DNA of 63,439 nucleotides, filler included, from Sphacelaria rigidula (taxonomy: Eukaryota): the NCBI GenBank assembly GCA_964200075.2. It is 8 parts of 8 records of this genome, joined end to end, with 100 filler letters (N's around TTAATTAATTAA, not from the genome) between each part and the next. Parts side by side here need not be neighbours in the genome. Positions count along the whole stretch, not along the records: positions 31,772 to 39,613 come from CAXNAA020013275.1; positions 39,714 to 47,555 come from CAXNAA020013276.1; positions 47,656 to 55,497 come from CAXNAA020013277.1; 5 more parts are not named here. The stretch is one strand, 5' to 3'. This document shows, piece after piece, positions 37,327 through 51,156 of this stretch. Positions within the stretch are counted from its first letter, which is position 1. Every line of letters starts with the position of its first letter. A model generated the notes under the pieces. The model made no database searches. It was not told the origin of the DNA and saw nothing but the letters and a program-made list of their open reading frames with translations. Made by a program: the position numbers and the translations under genes.

Positions 37327-39276
37327 TTCAAGATGAACGATGATTATTTCGCATAATTAGTAGAAGCATAGCTGTGCCTTGTAGCTAGCTGTTGGCTGGC
37401 GACCGTGCTAGCCCGTTTTTACTTGTACACGGCGGAACGGCGGGGGACACTGTGTTTCTCGTATGCGTCTGGCCAGGATGAGTGGGTTGCCTGACTGTCG
37501 CACTTCAACTGATCTCGTAGTCATTATCCACATGACAGGCGTAAACCGAGATGAAAAAAAAGTTGAAACACTTCCTGAAGAAAAGCGAACGGAACAACAG
37601 GTGAGCAGGGTACACTGACTAAGGGAAGAAAAAAACAAGAGGGAGCAAAAACATGAGAGTAAACATCAGAGCAAAACGAAGACAGAAAAACAAAAAATAG
37701 AAACGGACGGACTCTCTGTCACATGGCTTCGGTGGGAAACGTCTAGCGCAAAAGCTACAGTCATACCCGATCGAAAATTGCACATTTAATGTTTGACTTA
37801 ATGCTACCCCCTCGCCCCCCTCTTCTTCTTTTTCTGCTTCTTTATTTTTCATTCGTTTTTCTTTTCCCTCTTGTATTGCGTCTGGGTGAATTTTTTTGGG
37901 TCCAGTTTTATTTTTGATCTTTTTTCATTACCCTGTTTTGGGGTAGTTATCCTGTGACCCACGGAAGGCGCCCGCATCAGATGCCCAGTACAGAGGTCTG
38001 CGCACATATCGGAACGGCTTTTAATGTGGAGACAACAACAACAACAACGACAACAACAACGACTATGTTGTATTTTCTGTCAGATTTAGAGGTCCATTTC
38101 TTGGAAAGCAGTAGCAGCGTGGCGTTCTAGTTCCTCCATCCCTGAATTGCTGGTGGATTCTGGGTGCAGGGATCATATCCGCAATTCATACCTCGTGGGT
38201 TTTATTTGCTAGACTGACTTCTGTAATCAGGGTTGGCCTACAGGGGCTCTGCGCTCTGTGTTGCAAACAAACGTCTTACCTCAGCAACCAAATCGCACAC
38301 TTCGAACATGTCCTAGAAGGCCCTCTTCGTATTCTGGTGTTTTGAGTTAGTGTGAAGTTCGTACGCGAACCATGCAGCACACAACACGTGATTTTACAAA
38401 TTGGGGATGGATTTTTTGTTGGGGATAAGAATCCGGAGAATTCAAGTCTTCGTATTCACACCAAATCTTCGAAACATGGGTCCATTTCTTCACTTGCTGG
38501 TAGCTATTAACAACTACTACACGCCATACAAATTTGAATTTCGATAGCGGAAATGTTGGGGTCCTAGGTGAAAAACCAATTATGGGGTCCGATCGGATCA
38601 CCAAAATTCCCAAAATTATTTTTCACCTAGGACCCCAACATTTCCGCTATCGAGATCCAAATTTGTATGGCGTGTAGTAGTTGTCAATAGCCACCAGCAA
38701 GCAAAGGAATGAAACCATATTTCGAAGATTTGGTGTGGATACGAAGATTTTATTTCTCCGCGATCTCATCACCAATAAAAAATCGCGTGTTTCACACAGG
38801 TTGCTCGTCCCCAAGATAGCAGATCCCTCCTCGGGGACCAACCAGCTCTCAACACCAAGCTCGTAGTCACGAGAGTGACCTCTTCGCGGATGAGACCCAC
38901 ATGAACGCCGAAACTACCGAACTCCTGGGGTGTCGAAAACGTGCTCTCCACAGACAGTTTTGATGAGAAACGTACGCGTTTTTATGGTGGACTGAAACGT
39001 TCTTCGCACCCCTGACTACTTCTGCTCAACTGAGAAAAGTGGGGGTAGACAATGGTGTCCCGCCGGGGAAAACAGCAAAAAAGGCGTATTGATGTCTGTG
39101 TAGGTTCCTCAATCCTGAACAGCCGCGACCGGGTCGGATCGAATCGGAGACAACGTGAAATCCAAGATGGACTAAATGTGTTTGTTGAGTTGTTTTTCCT
39201 GGGTTTTTTTAATCCCGCGAAACGACATGTTTTTTTTCTTTCAATTCTCCCTTCCTTGTGGTGTGTCATCCTCCAG

Positions 39277-39357
39277 AAGCTAGTATGGTTCATAGCTGGG
39301 AGAATATTGGAGCTCCAGGCGCCTGTACGATCCGACGCGGCGAGGGCGTGGCTGCAG
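39277..39357 (+). CDS. Exon of TCP11-domain protein (KLVWFIAGRILELQAPVRSDAARAWLQ)
   Basis: Pyrimidine tract plus CAG acceptor and GTGACC donor, 81 nt. FI...I..LQAP.R is the TCP11 'AP.R(D)' motif. Confidence 0.75.
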
Positions 39358-39794
39358 GTGACCTAATCTCCGAAACACAAGCTCACGTTGAATGAGATAG
39401 ATGTTGCTTTTGACGGGCATCCGTCGACTATGTCTAATACGCGGAGAACTAAATCGTTGAGTGATGGCTTGCTTCAGTAGCTGCTTCTGGTCTTGCATGC
39501 CGTAATCATAAGACCATTGACCTCGCATCCCGAGGGGTGGGGGTGTACTCAATTGTTGCTTGCCTTAGTCGTTTGACCATTGACCACACATCCCTTTCGA
39601 GACGGAGCACAGTNNNNNNNNNNNNNNNNNNNNNNNNNNNNNNNNNNNNNNNNNNNNTTAATTAATTAANNNNNNNNNNNNNNNNNNNNNNNNNNNNNNN
39701 NNNNNNNNNNNNNTACTCTTTTGTATCTTCCCTGCAATGGAGAAATGGGACTTGCAACCTCATTTTATGTTTCAACCCCAAAAATTAGGATCGG

Positions 39795-40945
39795 CTGTTA
39801 ATTCCTGAATGAAGAAGTACCGTAGAGCGACGTGCTTGAACCTCGAGCTGTAGGTTCGGTTGCCTGCAATGTGGAGAGTCGAAGTGTTGTCGATGTAGAC
39901 GGGGACGGAGTCGAAGCGTGTGCCAAACCCCATCTCTCACATCATGTTCGAGCAAAATATGGCCTCCTTCATGGTGAGTGCAGCGGCCACGAGTTCTGCT
40001 TCCATTGTTGATTGCGCCGTGAATCCTTATAGTCCTACCTTAAAACGGATGGGGCCATTCGAGAGAAAGATTATATATGATGATGTTGGTTTTCCGTTGT
40101 CCGGGTTGTTGCCCCAATTCGCATCTGAGAAAGCCGTCAGTTTGAAACCGCCCTGGTTGTAGTTGATACCATGATCCGTAGTGCCGGCTAAATATCGAAG
40201 TAAGTGCTTTGCAGCTGCCATATGCGCCTTCGACGGTTTAGACATCGCCCGCGCCAGTTGATTCACGGCGTATTCAATGTTGTAACGGGTCACTTGAGCG
40301 AGATACATCACACTGCCTGTGATGGCTTGGAAGCGTTGTTTGCCCTCCTGGTTCAGTACTTCGTCCCTCGACTGGTCCAGTGACAGTTCTTGTCCCACCC
40401 CAGGAGTGCGCGCTGGGTTGCAGTTCGCCATCCCGTATCGTTCCAGGAGCGACTTGGTGTAGCTTTTCTGGCTGATGTTGACTGTCTTGCTATTACGGTC
40501 ACGAACCATTTCCATTCCCAGCACTAACGATGCATTTCCCATGTCCGTCATTGAAAAACGTGCCATTAGTTTCTGCTTGATCCTTTCCAGCACCTTAGAG
40601 TCTTTCCCGAGCAGTAGGGCATCGTCATCGTACAAAGTCAGGATGTAGACATCCTCGCTCTCCTGATAGATGCATACACAAGGGTCCGACTTAAGGATCT
40701 TGAACCCGATCTCCGCCAGGTGTGTGTCGACCGTACTCCATCAGCAGTTTGGACTTTGTCGGAGACCGTAAAGGCTTTTGTGGAGCCGCATTACCATCGG
40801 ACTTCCATTGGCGCCAAACTCCTCGTATCCTGGCGCCATTTTGACGTACACTTCTTCCTTGAGTTCGGCGTTCAGGAAGGCGGTATTATAGTCCACCTGC
40901 CAACACTCCAAGTCGTACCCCGCCGCTACAGCCAACACCATGCGT
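39795..40945 (-). mobile_element. Ty1/Copia RT-RNase H fragment (pseudogenised)
   Basis: Motifs QVDYNTAFLNAELKEEVY, KSLYGLRQSP, YDDD (from YVDD), AFSDANWG, STMEAE and KHVALRYFFIQE. In-frame stops near 40741 and 40027. No LTRs seen. Confidence 0.95.
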
Positions 40946-42724
40946 TGCCACCGATAAAAGCAAGCATTGATGATAGTGGGAGACGGCAGAATGAAAATGA
41001 GACTATACATACATGGTAGAAAAGGGGTTTAACGGGGAAAATAAATGTATGGTGGTGGTGCTTACCGTAGGTGGTGGTTCAGTGTCCGACTCCGCTCCTG
41101 GTAACCGTAGGCCGAGTACCCTGCCGGGTTTTATTTTTGTGGGGTTGAGGGTCGTTTTTGCTTGGTGGCGTCACGGGGTTTTCTCCGGGAGGGGGGGGGA
41201 GAACAGGTAGTGTTCCGCGGTACTTTCCGAGGAGTGGTGTTGTCGTTTCTCGAGGCAAACGCCTCCTTTTCTTGGAACAAGTGCCGTTGTGCCGTTGTAA
41301 AGCAGACAAGAGCTCAGCACGGGTGTCGTAGAAGCAGATTTGACACCTTGTTGTGAAGTCTTCGTCATTATCCCCCGCTGACAGGTCAAATAGGGGTTTT
41401 GAGGTAGGGGGGGCTCTACATTCATATCAAGGGTGAGAACGGTTCTCGTCCGCTTTGACTGGGGTCTCAACGCAGTGGCGGTCGTCGGCGTGGGCGTTCA
41501 CCCTGTCTTTACCGTCGGTGGGGTCGGTCATGCGGTGGTACGGAGTGCTGACACCGATGTCCACGCCACACGTAAGGCAGAGTAAGGGGACCTGTTTCTT
41601 GGCGCCCTTCGGCACTGGCTTCGTTCCCTGGGATATAGAGACATGGGTGGTGCACACGGAGCACCTGTTGAAGTCGAACGAATCGGGAGAAGGACGAAGG
41701 GACGGTCGCGGAAAGTGCAGCGAGGCAAGTACGGAAGGAAACATAGTTGAGCCGTGAGCGAATGCGTGACCAACGGGTGTTGGAAGCGATGATGTCAAGC
41801 GGTTGGAAAAAGCAAGAAGTTGGATAATAGGTTGTTTGCGGTGATCACGTTACGAGCGGAGCTAGTCTGAAGTATTTTCGAGCGGTTGACCACCTTTGCA
41901 CGGCCCGTCTAGAAGTCGAAAGCTGAAATTTGAGGGTTACTCCTTGATAACCTTACCGTGGTAAAACCACCGGCATGGGAGTGATTGTGGCATTTTCTAC
42001 AATCGAATTTCGACTACAGGACCGAGGCGAACAAGCAAGTACAGCATGTAGAAGTGAGTTGTATTGCGTAAACACAGAAAAAGTGGGGGGTCCTCTTCTA
42101 GCGAACCGTTCTCCATGTGTATTAAATCTTGGGCTGAATTTGGATGATGTCGTCTCCTATGGGGAAGTACACCGAACACATGCATCGATTGGGCTAGGAA
42201 CTTGACCGGTATATGCTGTCTATTTCCACTGTAGGTTAACCGGAAATGGCTACGAGAGCGCCAGTTGTCCAGCTAACCTGGGGGTTCGTCGTGGCCGGGT
42301 ATTTTTATAATAGTTTTATATTATGGTGAGTTTGCAACAAAGAAACACTGTGTATAATTAGACTGTACGATTGAAGTCTGTCCTTTACAGTAATACACGT
42401 ACCACAAACGTCGTTGGTACCTTGTTGTTCTGCAGTTTTCCACCTATCGACCATAGCGGATAGGTCGACGGTTGGTCAGTCGAATGACGAAAATGAAGAA
42501 ATAAAGAAGAAGCGTGACTCAGTTACGGTGGGATGCTTGATGCGGAAGTGCCGAACGCCAAACCCCAATTGCCAATTGCGTGGTGAAGAGCGTTCTGAAC
42601 TTGATGCAGTACACATGCACACTACACCTCGAAGTGATGCAGCAAATATATACCTCATCCGAAAAAACAATAACAAATGGTAACCCGCGATCATAAAATA
42701 CAGAAGCACTCTACTCAACGACAG

Positions 42725-42879
42725 GCGTGTTTTTCGGTCCGGATGTGGAGAATTTTGCTCCCCTGTCCCCGGGTACTGCCAGCCTTCGCTTACTTGTTCT
42801 CATCCTCCGCTCCTCATGGAGAGTCTCTGCTGCAGCATACTACGGATGGATGATTTCCAAATCGCTCACCACATTGAAT
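42725..42879 (+). CDS. Possible exon of unknown protein (xVFFGPDVENFAPLSPGTASLRLLVLILRSSWRVSAAAYYGWMISKSLTTLN)
   Basis: ACAG acceptor, strong GTGAGT donor and an open frame. No family recognised and no partner exon found. Confidence 0.3.
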
Positions 42880-43119
42880 GTGAGTGGTTATATTTTTTAC
42901 AACTATTCGCCATTTTTGAAAGGGGAGTAAGTCAAACACAGCTTGTTTTTTTTGCCTCGGGCGGCGCTCCCGCGAGGCCCCCCTCACCAGCCGGGGGGGG
43001 GGGGCGACTAACCGGAAAAAACATCGATGTACTGGCCACTGGCGCGGCCAGTTTGAACCTAACTGACCAGAGCTGCTAGTTCACAGCCCTAGAAACAATG
43101 TTGTCTTATATAGGGTTAG

Positions 43120-43645
43120 GGCATGTTCGGTAGGGTGTGAGAGTATTTACATAACTTACAGAACAAACCAGTACTAACATGAAATTTGCACAGGGGTTAC
43201 AGAACCTATCGGGTATAGGAGGCTTACAGAGAATCCAGAACTTGTGGGATAAGGAATGAAGATGGCACATAGAAAATCGAACCCGCACCCGGTTATTGTT
43301 ACAAGGGTATGCTCTAACCCGGGTAGGGGTAAATCTTGTGTACCGAAAATACAAACCTGTCGGGTAAAGGTGTAGGGGGGGTACAACAGTCACGGAACTA
43401 TCGTGGGCCGGTATGAAAATCTTACAGAAGTCACGGACCTATCGAGTAGGAGTACGAAAGTGTTATTGAAGTCACGGGCCTATCGAGTAGGGGAATGAAA
43501 GCGTTACAGAAGCTACAGAAATATCGGGTAGGGCAATGAAAGTATTACAGAAGCTACAGAAATGTCGGGTACCGGTATAAAAGTCTTACAGAAGTCATAA
43601 CTGTCGGGTAGGGATGATACCCGGCAACATACCCCGGGTATACGA
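43120..43645. repeat. Degenerate ~41-bp tandem array (TTACAGAAGTCACAGAACTATCGGGTAGGGGTATGAAAG), with further units at ~44030-44130
   Basis: TTACAGAAG-like starts near 43422, 43464, 43504, 43545 and 43586. Ends in the near-palindrome ATACCCCGGGTAT. Confidence 0.75.
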
Positions 43646-46600
43646 CAAACCGTATCCTATACAAGACAGAGTTGGACACCACCACCATCAAATTCGATGA
43701 GCTGCACCTTGCTACTTGATACCGCTGGTGGCGCAGATGAAGCGCCCCCACTCGATTCACCACTCGTGTCTAGGAACGATCCACCCCGACGGTCTGCATT
43801 GCTTTTCCATGTAACCCGACAGTGTACGAAACTTAAAAATATATATTTTTATGGGTGTACGGTTTTGAGTCAATGAGGGGGGTTTGGTTGATGGAGGTTA
43901 GGGAACAAATGCAAGTTATCATACTGCGTAGGGATTGAATCAATATCCATACCTCCCCCGGACATATACCTGGAATCTGCCTGCATCGGATATACGCACA
44001 AGGGTATACCCTGACCCTTGGTTGGGGTTATGGGAGGCTTACAGACCTACAGAATTGTCGACCAGGGGTGTGGTGGACTAATAGAACTTACAAAACTGTC
44101 GGGTACCGGTATGAAAGTTTCACAGGGGTGACAGGATTCAGGAACACACAGGGGTAGCCGGTTGCTCCGGTGGCTCAGATGGTAACCTTGAAACCTTCTG
44201 ACGTTTTGGACGTGGGTTCAAATCTCGGGACGATCTGGAATTTTCTCTCACACCATGCCCAAGAGTGTGTTGTCATCCAATCTAGTCTGGACGCCAGTAT
44301 ACACCTCTCGGTGTATGTGGGCGCACCAGCCGGAGTCACACAGGAGCAAGGCCAACACAGGAGATTTTCGTTTTTGTTTTGTTTCAGTTCTCCACCTTCT
44401 TTCTGCGGTCCTTGCCCTTATTCTTAATCGCGAGAGTTCAGCAGTCCCTTTCCCTCGTCGACCATTGAATCGAATGTTTTGTGCCGACGATATAGGCGCT
44501 CTCCACTGTTGGGTATGAGAAAAGATACCAGATCGTTGCGAGATTCGAATCCACGATCCAACCGTCAGAAGGTGTCGAGGTTACCAACTGAGCCACCGTG
44601 GCGACCGGCTAGAGTGGAGAGCGACTATGTCGTACGTACACAAAGTTCGACTTCACGGTCGACGAGGGGAGAGACCGCTGAACCCTTCTCTCGGTAAAAA
44701 GAAAGGTAAGCACTGCAGAAGGAAGGTGGAGTGTGTAAAAGAAATAAAAGAAAAAACTCCTGTGTCAGCCTCTCTCTTTGCGAAAAAAGTATTTTCACCC
44801 ATATGGAGGGAAATAAAAATCCACCCACACCTTCTATTATGACCGATTCCGCGTCGTTTTGTTTTATTCGGGAGCCCACCTTTTCCAAATCTGAGGCGTT
44901 AGATCAACTTGTATGACAGCCAATCCCGAATCTGTCGGGACCCCAACCTGTGCCAAATCGGGGGGACTCAGATTCGCGAAACTCAGATTCGTGTGTACGC
45001 CTGTATGTGTCATGGTTTCACAGACTTGTTGTAATTGTTCTATACACGGAGGATCACTTCCTGCAGGGGTGTGGTGCCACAATGAAGCCGAAGACCAGGC
45101 AGGCAGTGAATCATCTTTCAAGAGCAGCGTCGTACCGTGGTACCATAGGGACTAAAGCAGTGCAGTACACTCCACAACCACAGTATACGGTAATGCCGTG
45201 TGGTAATACATAACGATACAGTCGGTGTGGCGAGAACAGTGCACAGTGTGCAACAACAAATCACGAGTGCAGTACCCTTTATCGCCCTTTGAGGACAGCG
45301 ACAGCAGAGGGTAGAATAATACAACAGTACCGTATGTCATGGTACACACAGACAGTAGCGCAGTGCAGCATAAATTATTGCCATCGCACCAGGGTACGGC
45401 GTCAACACTTCTTATCCGCTTGTCAAACCCTGTGCGAAGCGCCGTGCGAAGCGCCGTGCGAAGCGCAGCTCTGCGAGCACAGACAGTCCAGTAGTGCAAG
45501 GTTACAAATACAGGCTGCACTCGCGAACACAGTAGCTTCCTGTACTTTGCAAATACACTACAGAAAGTGCAACGATACAAATACACATACTCTACAAACA
45601 GAAAAGCTCGCAGTCGGCAGCGATGTTGTCGGCAATGTCTGTAGTTCTACACCGTCTAACGGGAGGACTCACCTTAATATATGTTGGCATCGATTACCTG
45701 GCCGGTTCGTGGTCGCTCTCTCCTCTATCCCTACGCAAAGCTTCACGAGTTAATGAACCGGGAAGTCGATCACGTACTTTGACACCCCCTCCACCTCAGC
45801 CACGGACGGCGTCGGCGCACAAGCGAAGACAGCGAAGAAAGCAGCAATGAAGCTGAACCTTTTTGATGGTGTTTAAAGTGATTCGGAGAGCCGGTTGCTG
45901 CGTGTGACGCCTCCAACCTCCAAAAAATGCCTCGATTGAAGTTGCGACAGTCAAGTCTTAGAAGTTTAACCAAGGCTCGCTCTGCTCAAAAGGGGTTGAA
46001 TTGGAGGTGTTCTGGAGTGCGCTTAGAGATAGAAGCGAAACGCAACGCCATAAGCATCAATGAAGCTGAAACCTGTTGAGGGCGTCTAGATTGATGTTAG
46101 AAGAGCGGTGGGATGCGTTTTTCGCGCAGCGCGGCTTCGAATCAATTCGGGAAAAAGAAGTGCGTGGTTCGGAGCTTCGTAATGAGGTCCGGACGGATAG
46201 GATAGAATAGGACAGGATGGACACTTTTTCAATTTTGGATCAGTAGAAGCCTTTTCAGCCCTGAGGGCCTCCAAGGAATTGAGGATGAGAAAACCAGAGA
46301 ATTCAAATCTTCCTATCCACACCACATCTTCGAAATATGGGTCCATTTCTTCACTTGCTAGTAGCTTTTGACAACCACTACACGCCACACAAATTTGGAT
46401 TTCGAAAGACGAGATGTTGGGGCCCTAGGTGAAAGACTAATTTTGGGGAATTTCGGCGATCTGATCGGATCATCCAAATTCCCCATTTGTGTTCCTCGCC
46501 TAGGACCGCAATATGTCGGTTATCAGGATCCAAATTTGTATGGCGTGTAGTGGTTGGCGATAGCTACTAGTATGTGAAGGAGTGGAACTATATTTTGAAG

Positions 46601-49600
46601 ATTGGGTGCGGATACGAAGGTTTTGATTCTCCGGGTTCTCATCCTCAATTTGTAAACTCCCGTGTTAAATTTCAGAGACATGATAGACATGGGTGGAAAA
46701 CAAGCACGGAGAAAGAAAGTGGGCGAGGAGGAGCACCTGAAGATCAACGGGGGTTGAGAGAGGGGTGGGTTAAGGATGAAAACATATCTGCACGGCCTAA
46801 TGGACAACGCGAGAACGCTGAAACTGCGATTTCGGGTAGGGGACCTGGACCTGCCAGAAAGAAGAAAGAGATACACCAGCAGTTAGGGAGAGGAGGAAGT
46901 AGATGCACAGAATTGCCCCTGCGACAAAGCAACAGAGACTAGGACTCATATGGTGGGAGAGTATTGGGAGAGAAGACGAAGAAACTACACCCAAACAATG
47001 CGATATGGAATCGTTGGGCACTCTGAGCCGGTCGCCCCGGTGGCTCAGATGGTAAGCTCGAAACCCTCTGACGATCGGGTTGTGGGTTCAAATTTCGGAA
47101 CGATTTTGGATTTTTTCTCACACAATGTCCAACAGTGGAGAGCGACCATGCCGTGGGTACACGAAATTCGACTTGATGGTCGACGAGGGAAAGGGACTGC
47201 TGAACCCCCCTCGCGATAAAAAATAAAGGCAGGCATCGCAGGAGGAAGGTGGAGAACTAAAACAAAGAGTAAAAAACACTCCTGTATTGGCTTTCTTATT
47301 GTGTGACCCCGGCTGGCGCGCCCACATATACCGAAAGGTGTAGACCAGCGTCCAGAATAGATGGTGGGACAACAACACACACACTGCTCTAGATCGTGAC
47401 GAGAAAACGATCACTATACCAGAAGATAGAGGGTGACAACAGACGGCGGAACAGGAAGAGGATAAGACACGTGGAAGGTGTTGTGTAATGGATGAAGAAA
47501 ACTTAATGAGCGCCCGAATGTTGCAGGCGTCTCGAGCCATCCTACGATAGGGGTGNNNNNNNNNNNNNNNNNNNNNNNNNNNNNNNNNNNNNNNNNNNNT
47601 TAATTAATTAANNNNNNNNNNNNNNNNNNNNNNNNNNNNNNNNNNNNNNNNNNNNCACGAGGCCCCAACCTCCATGTGAATTTGACATGGAGGGGGTGAT
47701 GACCCTACCCTATCCGTACTGGTTATATCTATGCAGCGCGCGCGGGGAGGGCGGGGGTGCAGTGACAAAGAGATATGCCACCTCCAGCACATATGTTGTT
47801 CATTCTCGTTCACAGTATTTGGTTGAAGGGCCACATGTAAAGGTTGCTTTGGAGAACGCAGAGAGTTTTATCGCTTCCCACCAGTTGAGTAGAAAATGGA
47901 GATTCATGCAGATAGGCATGGTGCTTTGCAAGAAAAGGTGCAGGGGCCATGCCAATCAGAAACTTTACTTTTCCCGTGCACCTTTCGTCCAACTTGTTGT
48001 ACTTGTATTTTTTTCAATACAAAACTCATCCATCGGTACATGCTATCTATGCCAACGTGGTATTCTTCCCGTTTGTTTTTCTCTTGTTATTTGGCGTGTA
48101 GTTGGCCACTGTATTTTCTATACCATTTGTTGATGGGCCTTTCGTGATTTCGGTGTGGAACGTAGACCGTGTCCGTACCATCTACGTGGATGCATAGTTT
48201 TACTTCGCTTGACACTCACATAATTTCCAACAATCAGGGGACAAACTACGCTAGAAACTCGGAAATTGCGGGCGGTAAGGATCAACGAGCTACCATTACC
48301 ACACTAAAGCAAAGAAGCCACTCATACGCAATGAAACTAGGAAGTTGTTCTATATTCCACAGAAAAAGCCGGTGTACCAGAAAATGTGCATTTTTCAAAC
48401 CGACACTTCGGTGTGGCGACGTCCGGTAGGACGGAGATAGTGATTCTGAGCGAGAAGACACATCATCAGGTAAGATAACGAGCAGTTGCCCTTGAGTGCA
48501 CCAACGGTTTCACCTTCTTCACAAGCGGGAAGCACTTCTGGAAGAGAAAGTCGCTCTGTCTGAAGGCTGACGCCATCCGTCGTCATTTGCTACGGGGAGG
48601 TGCCAGCAGACAGCACCTCCGAGAAGGATACTGGGAGATTATATAACTTCTCTTACTCGGAAGTCCAAACGGGTGACGACCTGGTATTCGCTCTCTTCTG
48701 CCTCGGACCGACCCTGCGCAACGTTCACATCGAGTCCGAAGTTCTTACTGTGGACCTGCTGGCCTACCTCGATGACTTCCTCATCGGGTGCACGATTTGG
48801 TAGTGGATACGCTTTGGGCGATCCACTGCCACATAGAGAAGCTGGCTCGTACTGATGCAAATATTCGTAACGCCAAGGCGACGTTGCACACGGGATAATG
48901 TCCCTACTGAGCAGATCGCAATGGCGTTTGCGGCGTTGGATCTGAGTGTGACAGAGGAGGGAGGCGTGGTAATTGAGACGCCGATCGGGTCGAACGAGCT
49001 CGTCCACGATCACACAGTGACGGTCTTCAAGGAGAGAGGTGCAGAGAACCTGGCCCGCCTACAAGTAAAGGGCCTTAAAGACCTTCCTGTAACGTGTGAT
49101 AGATGCCGACCCGTCGGTGCTGGACTACACGCAGGTGGATCATGGAGGACGACGAACATCCGAGAACAAACGTCCGCCGATGTCGACCATCCCTCAGAAT
49201 GCGTACAACTTCTCCCCAACCAACGACTTACGGCCTATACCGGTCGGGTCCGGGGGCCTAGGCCTTGCCTCAGCCGTGACCACGCATAGGTCGGGGACTG
49301 AGGATGTTGTTGTGGCACGACACCGTTGGTCCTCATAGGTTAGAAGGACCAACTAGAAGGGTGGATGGGGGCCAACCTCCCCCTTACTCTACTACTACAT
49401 TCGCTGGAAAGGGCCCTGCGGGCTTCGGTCGACTATCGCGGGATCAGCGCTGAACAATAAACGGCGATACTGCCACCAGCACTGCTCGCGTTGGTCCACG
49501 GAGGACAAGATACAGACGGGACGCTACCAGCACCAATCGTCGACCTTCTCGACGGGAAGCATGCGGTGGCTGGTGCTCATTCCCGCGGTAAACAGAGCAA

Positions 49601-50130
49601 GGCAGGGCACCGTGTTCACAAAGCTAACGCTGCGGATCTGCTACTGCAGCTGAAGCACTCGCCTCCAAAAGGTTTACCACCTGGCCCGGACGACCCTTTC
49701 GGTGGGGGAGAAACGGCTGCGAAGGCGAAAGCTCGATACCGTAGCATCTCGGGCAATGGGGTTCTAAAAGCCTGGAGAGCTCAACCGTATGACGCCGGCA
49801 GGACGATCCCCGCGCCGAAATCCGTACTCATGGAGCGGAGGTTTTGCCTCGGCATATTATGTCATTTGGGCCGCAGATGTTCCTCATGGGTGCGATCGAC
49901 GTCACCACCGGCTACGCACGTAACTACAACAGAGCGGAGGGGCAGGTAGACTAACACTAGCCGCTGGTCAACACACCAGCTGCGCTCTTCGAGTGCCTGG
50001 GAATGAAAACAAATGTGGAAGATGGGTACCCCTTTACAGCAGATAAGGGCTACCGGGTGGACATGGTTGTCCCGGCGGGGGAGCTCAAGGGCACCTCCAA
50101 CAACAACATCGGGGAAAGGGTCTCATGATC

Positions 50131-50539
50131 AACATGGGATTTCACAAATTGAAGATGGATTTGTTTTTGAGGATGGAGCTCGGGAACTTTCATCAAAAAT
50201 TATATTTTTCGAAATAAAGATGTAAATGCACCCTCCGGTTGTGATGTGTGGCCTCGCTCAACCTTAGAGGAATCTATCCGCAAATGGCAAAATCCCGTGT
50301 ACCGAACAATTTCGACCTCCTTGCATTCTCATACAAACGATGTTTTTATTTGTCAGAATCCCCTGTCAACACGAGCTTTTACCAGTTGTCGGTGCATTTT
50401 TTTCGAGGATGAGCGAGGCCGCCCATCACGGCCGGATAGTGTGTTTGCATTTTGTTTCCGAAAATATTGCTATGTTTATGAAGGTTCCCGAGGTTCATGC
50501 CCCCACACAAACCATCCTCAATTTGTAAAAGCCCGTGTT
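50131..50539. mobile_element. MITE inserted in the CRE-like element, TIR related to the 14607 family
   Basis: Ends AACATGGGATTTCACAAATTGAAGATGG ... CCATCCTCAATTTGTAAAAGCCCGTGTT. Flanks TGATC / CGATC. Confidence 0.65.
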
Positions 50540-50758
50540 CGATCGACGTCACAAATGCCGATCCCTAACCCCGTCAACAGGATATCTTCAACGCGAGAGC
50601 GCTATCATCGGTGGCTCTGCAGCCGCAACCTTGGACGCGCGCAAAAGCGCACAGTACGCCCGCCAAGGACACGTATCCTTTAACCAATGTAGCTTCATAC
50701 TCACTACCCTAGCGATGGAAAGCTCTGGACGTCTTGGAAGTAGCGGGCAAGGACTACA

Positions 50759-51156
50759 CAAACGCGGCCATTTGGCTACCCCCCAAAATCCCTCCACACG
50801 AAAATTGTTTCCTCCAGAGGGGTCAGGTTTGTCCGTGGAGGTGTTAAATCCCTCTGGAGGGGTCGATTTTGATCCCTCCAGAGGGATTGACCACCGCTGG
50901 GGGAATCATGAACTCTACAGGGATTTCATATTGTGTTGGATCCCTCAAAATGCACATAAACCCTCCAGGGGGGTTCCATCTCCCTCCCTCGAGAGTCGCC
51001 TTGTATGGGCTATTCCTCTAGCGGTGTTCAATCCCCGTGGCGAGGGATACTATCCACCCTCCAGAGGGATTAAACCCCTCCAGGGATTTTTCCCCCTCTG
51101 GAGCGGTAGATTTTCGTGTGGAGGGATTTCGGGGGGTAGCCAAATGGCCGCGTGTG
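50759..51156. mobile_element. MITE with ~47-bp TIRs and internal CCCTCCAGAGGG-type repeats
   Basis: ACGCGGCCATTTGGCTACCCCCCAAAATCCCTCCACACGAAAAT has a near-perfect inverse at 51110-51153. Confidence 0.85.

Noticed and set aside
37539..37600. Candidate exon (VNRDEKKVETLPEEKRTEQQ, GTGAGC donor) inside the TCP11 intron
   Set aside because: Phase is incompatible with the phase-0 flanking exons, which already join into a continuous TCP11 motif.
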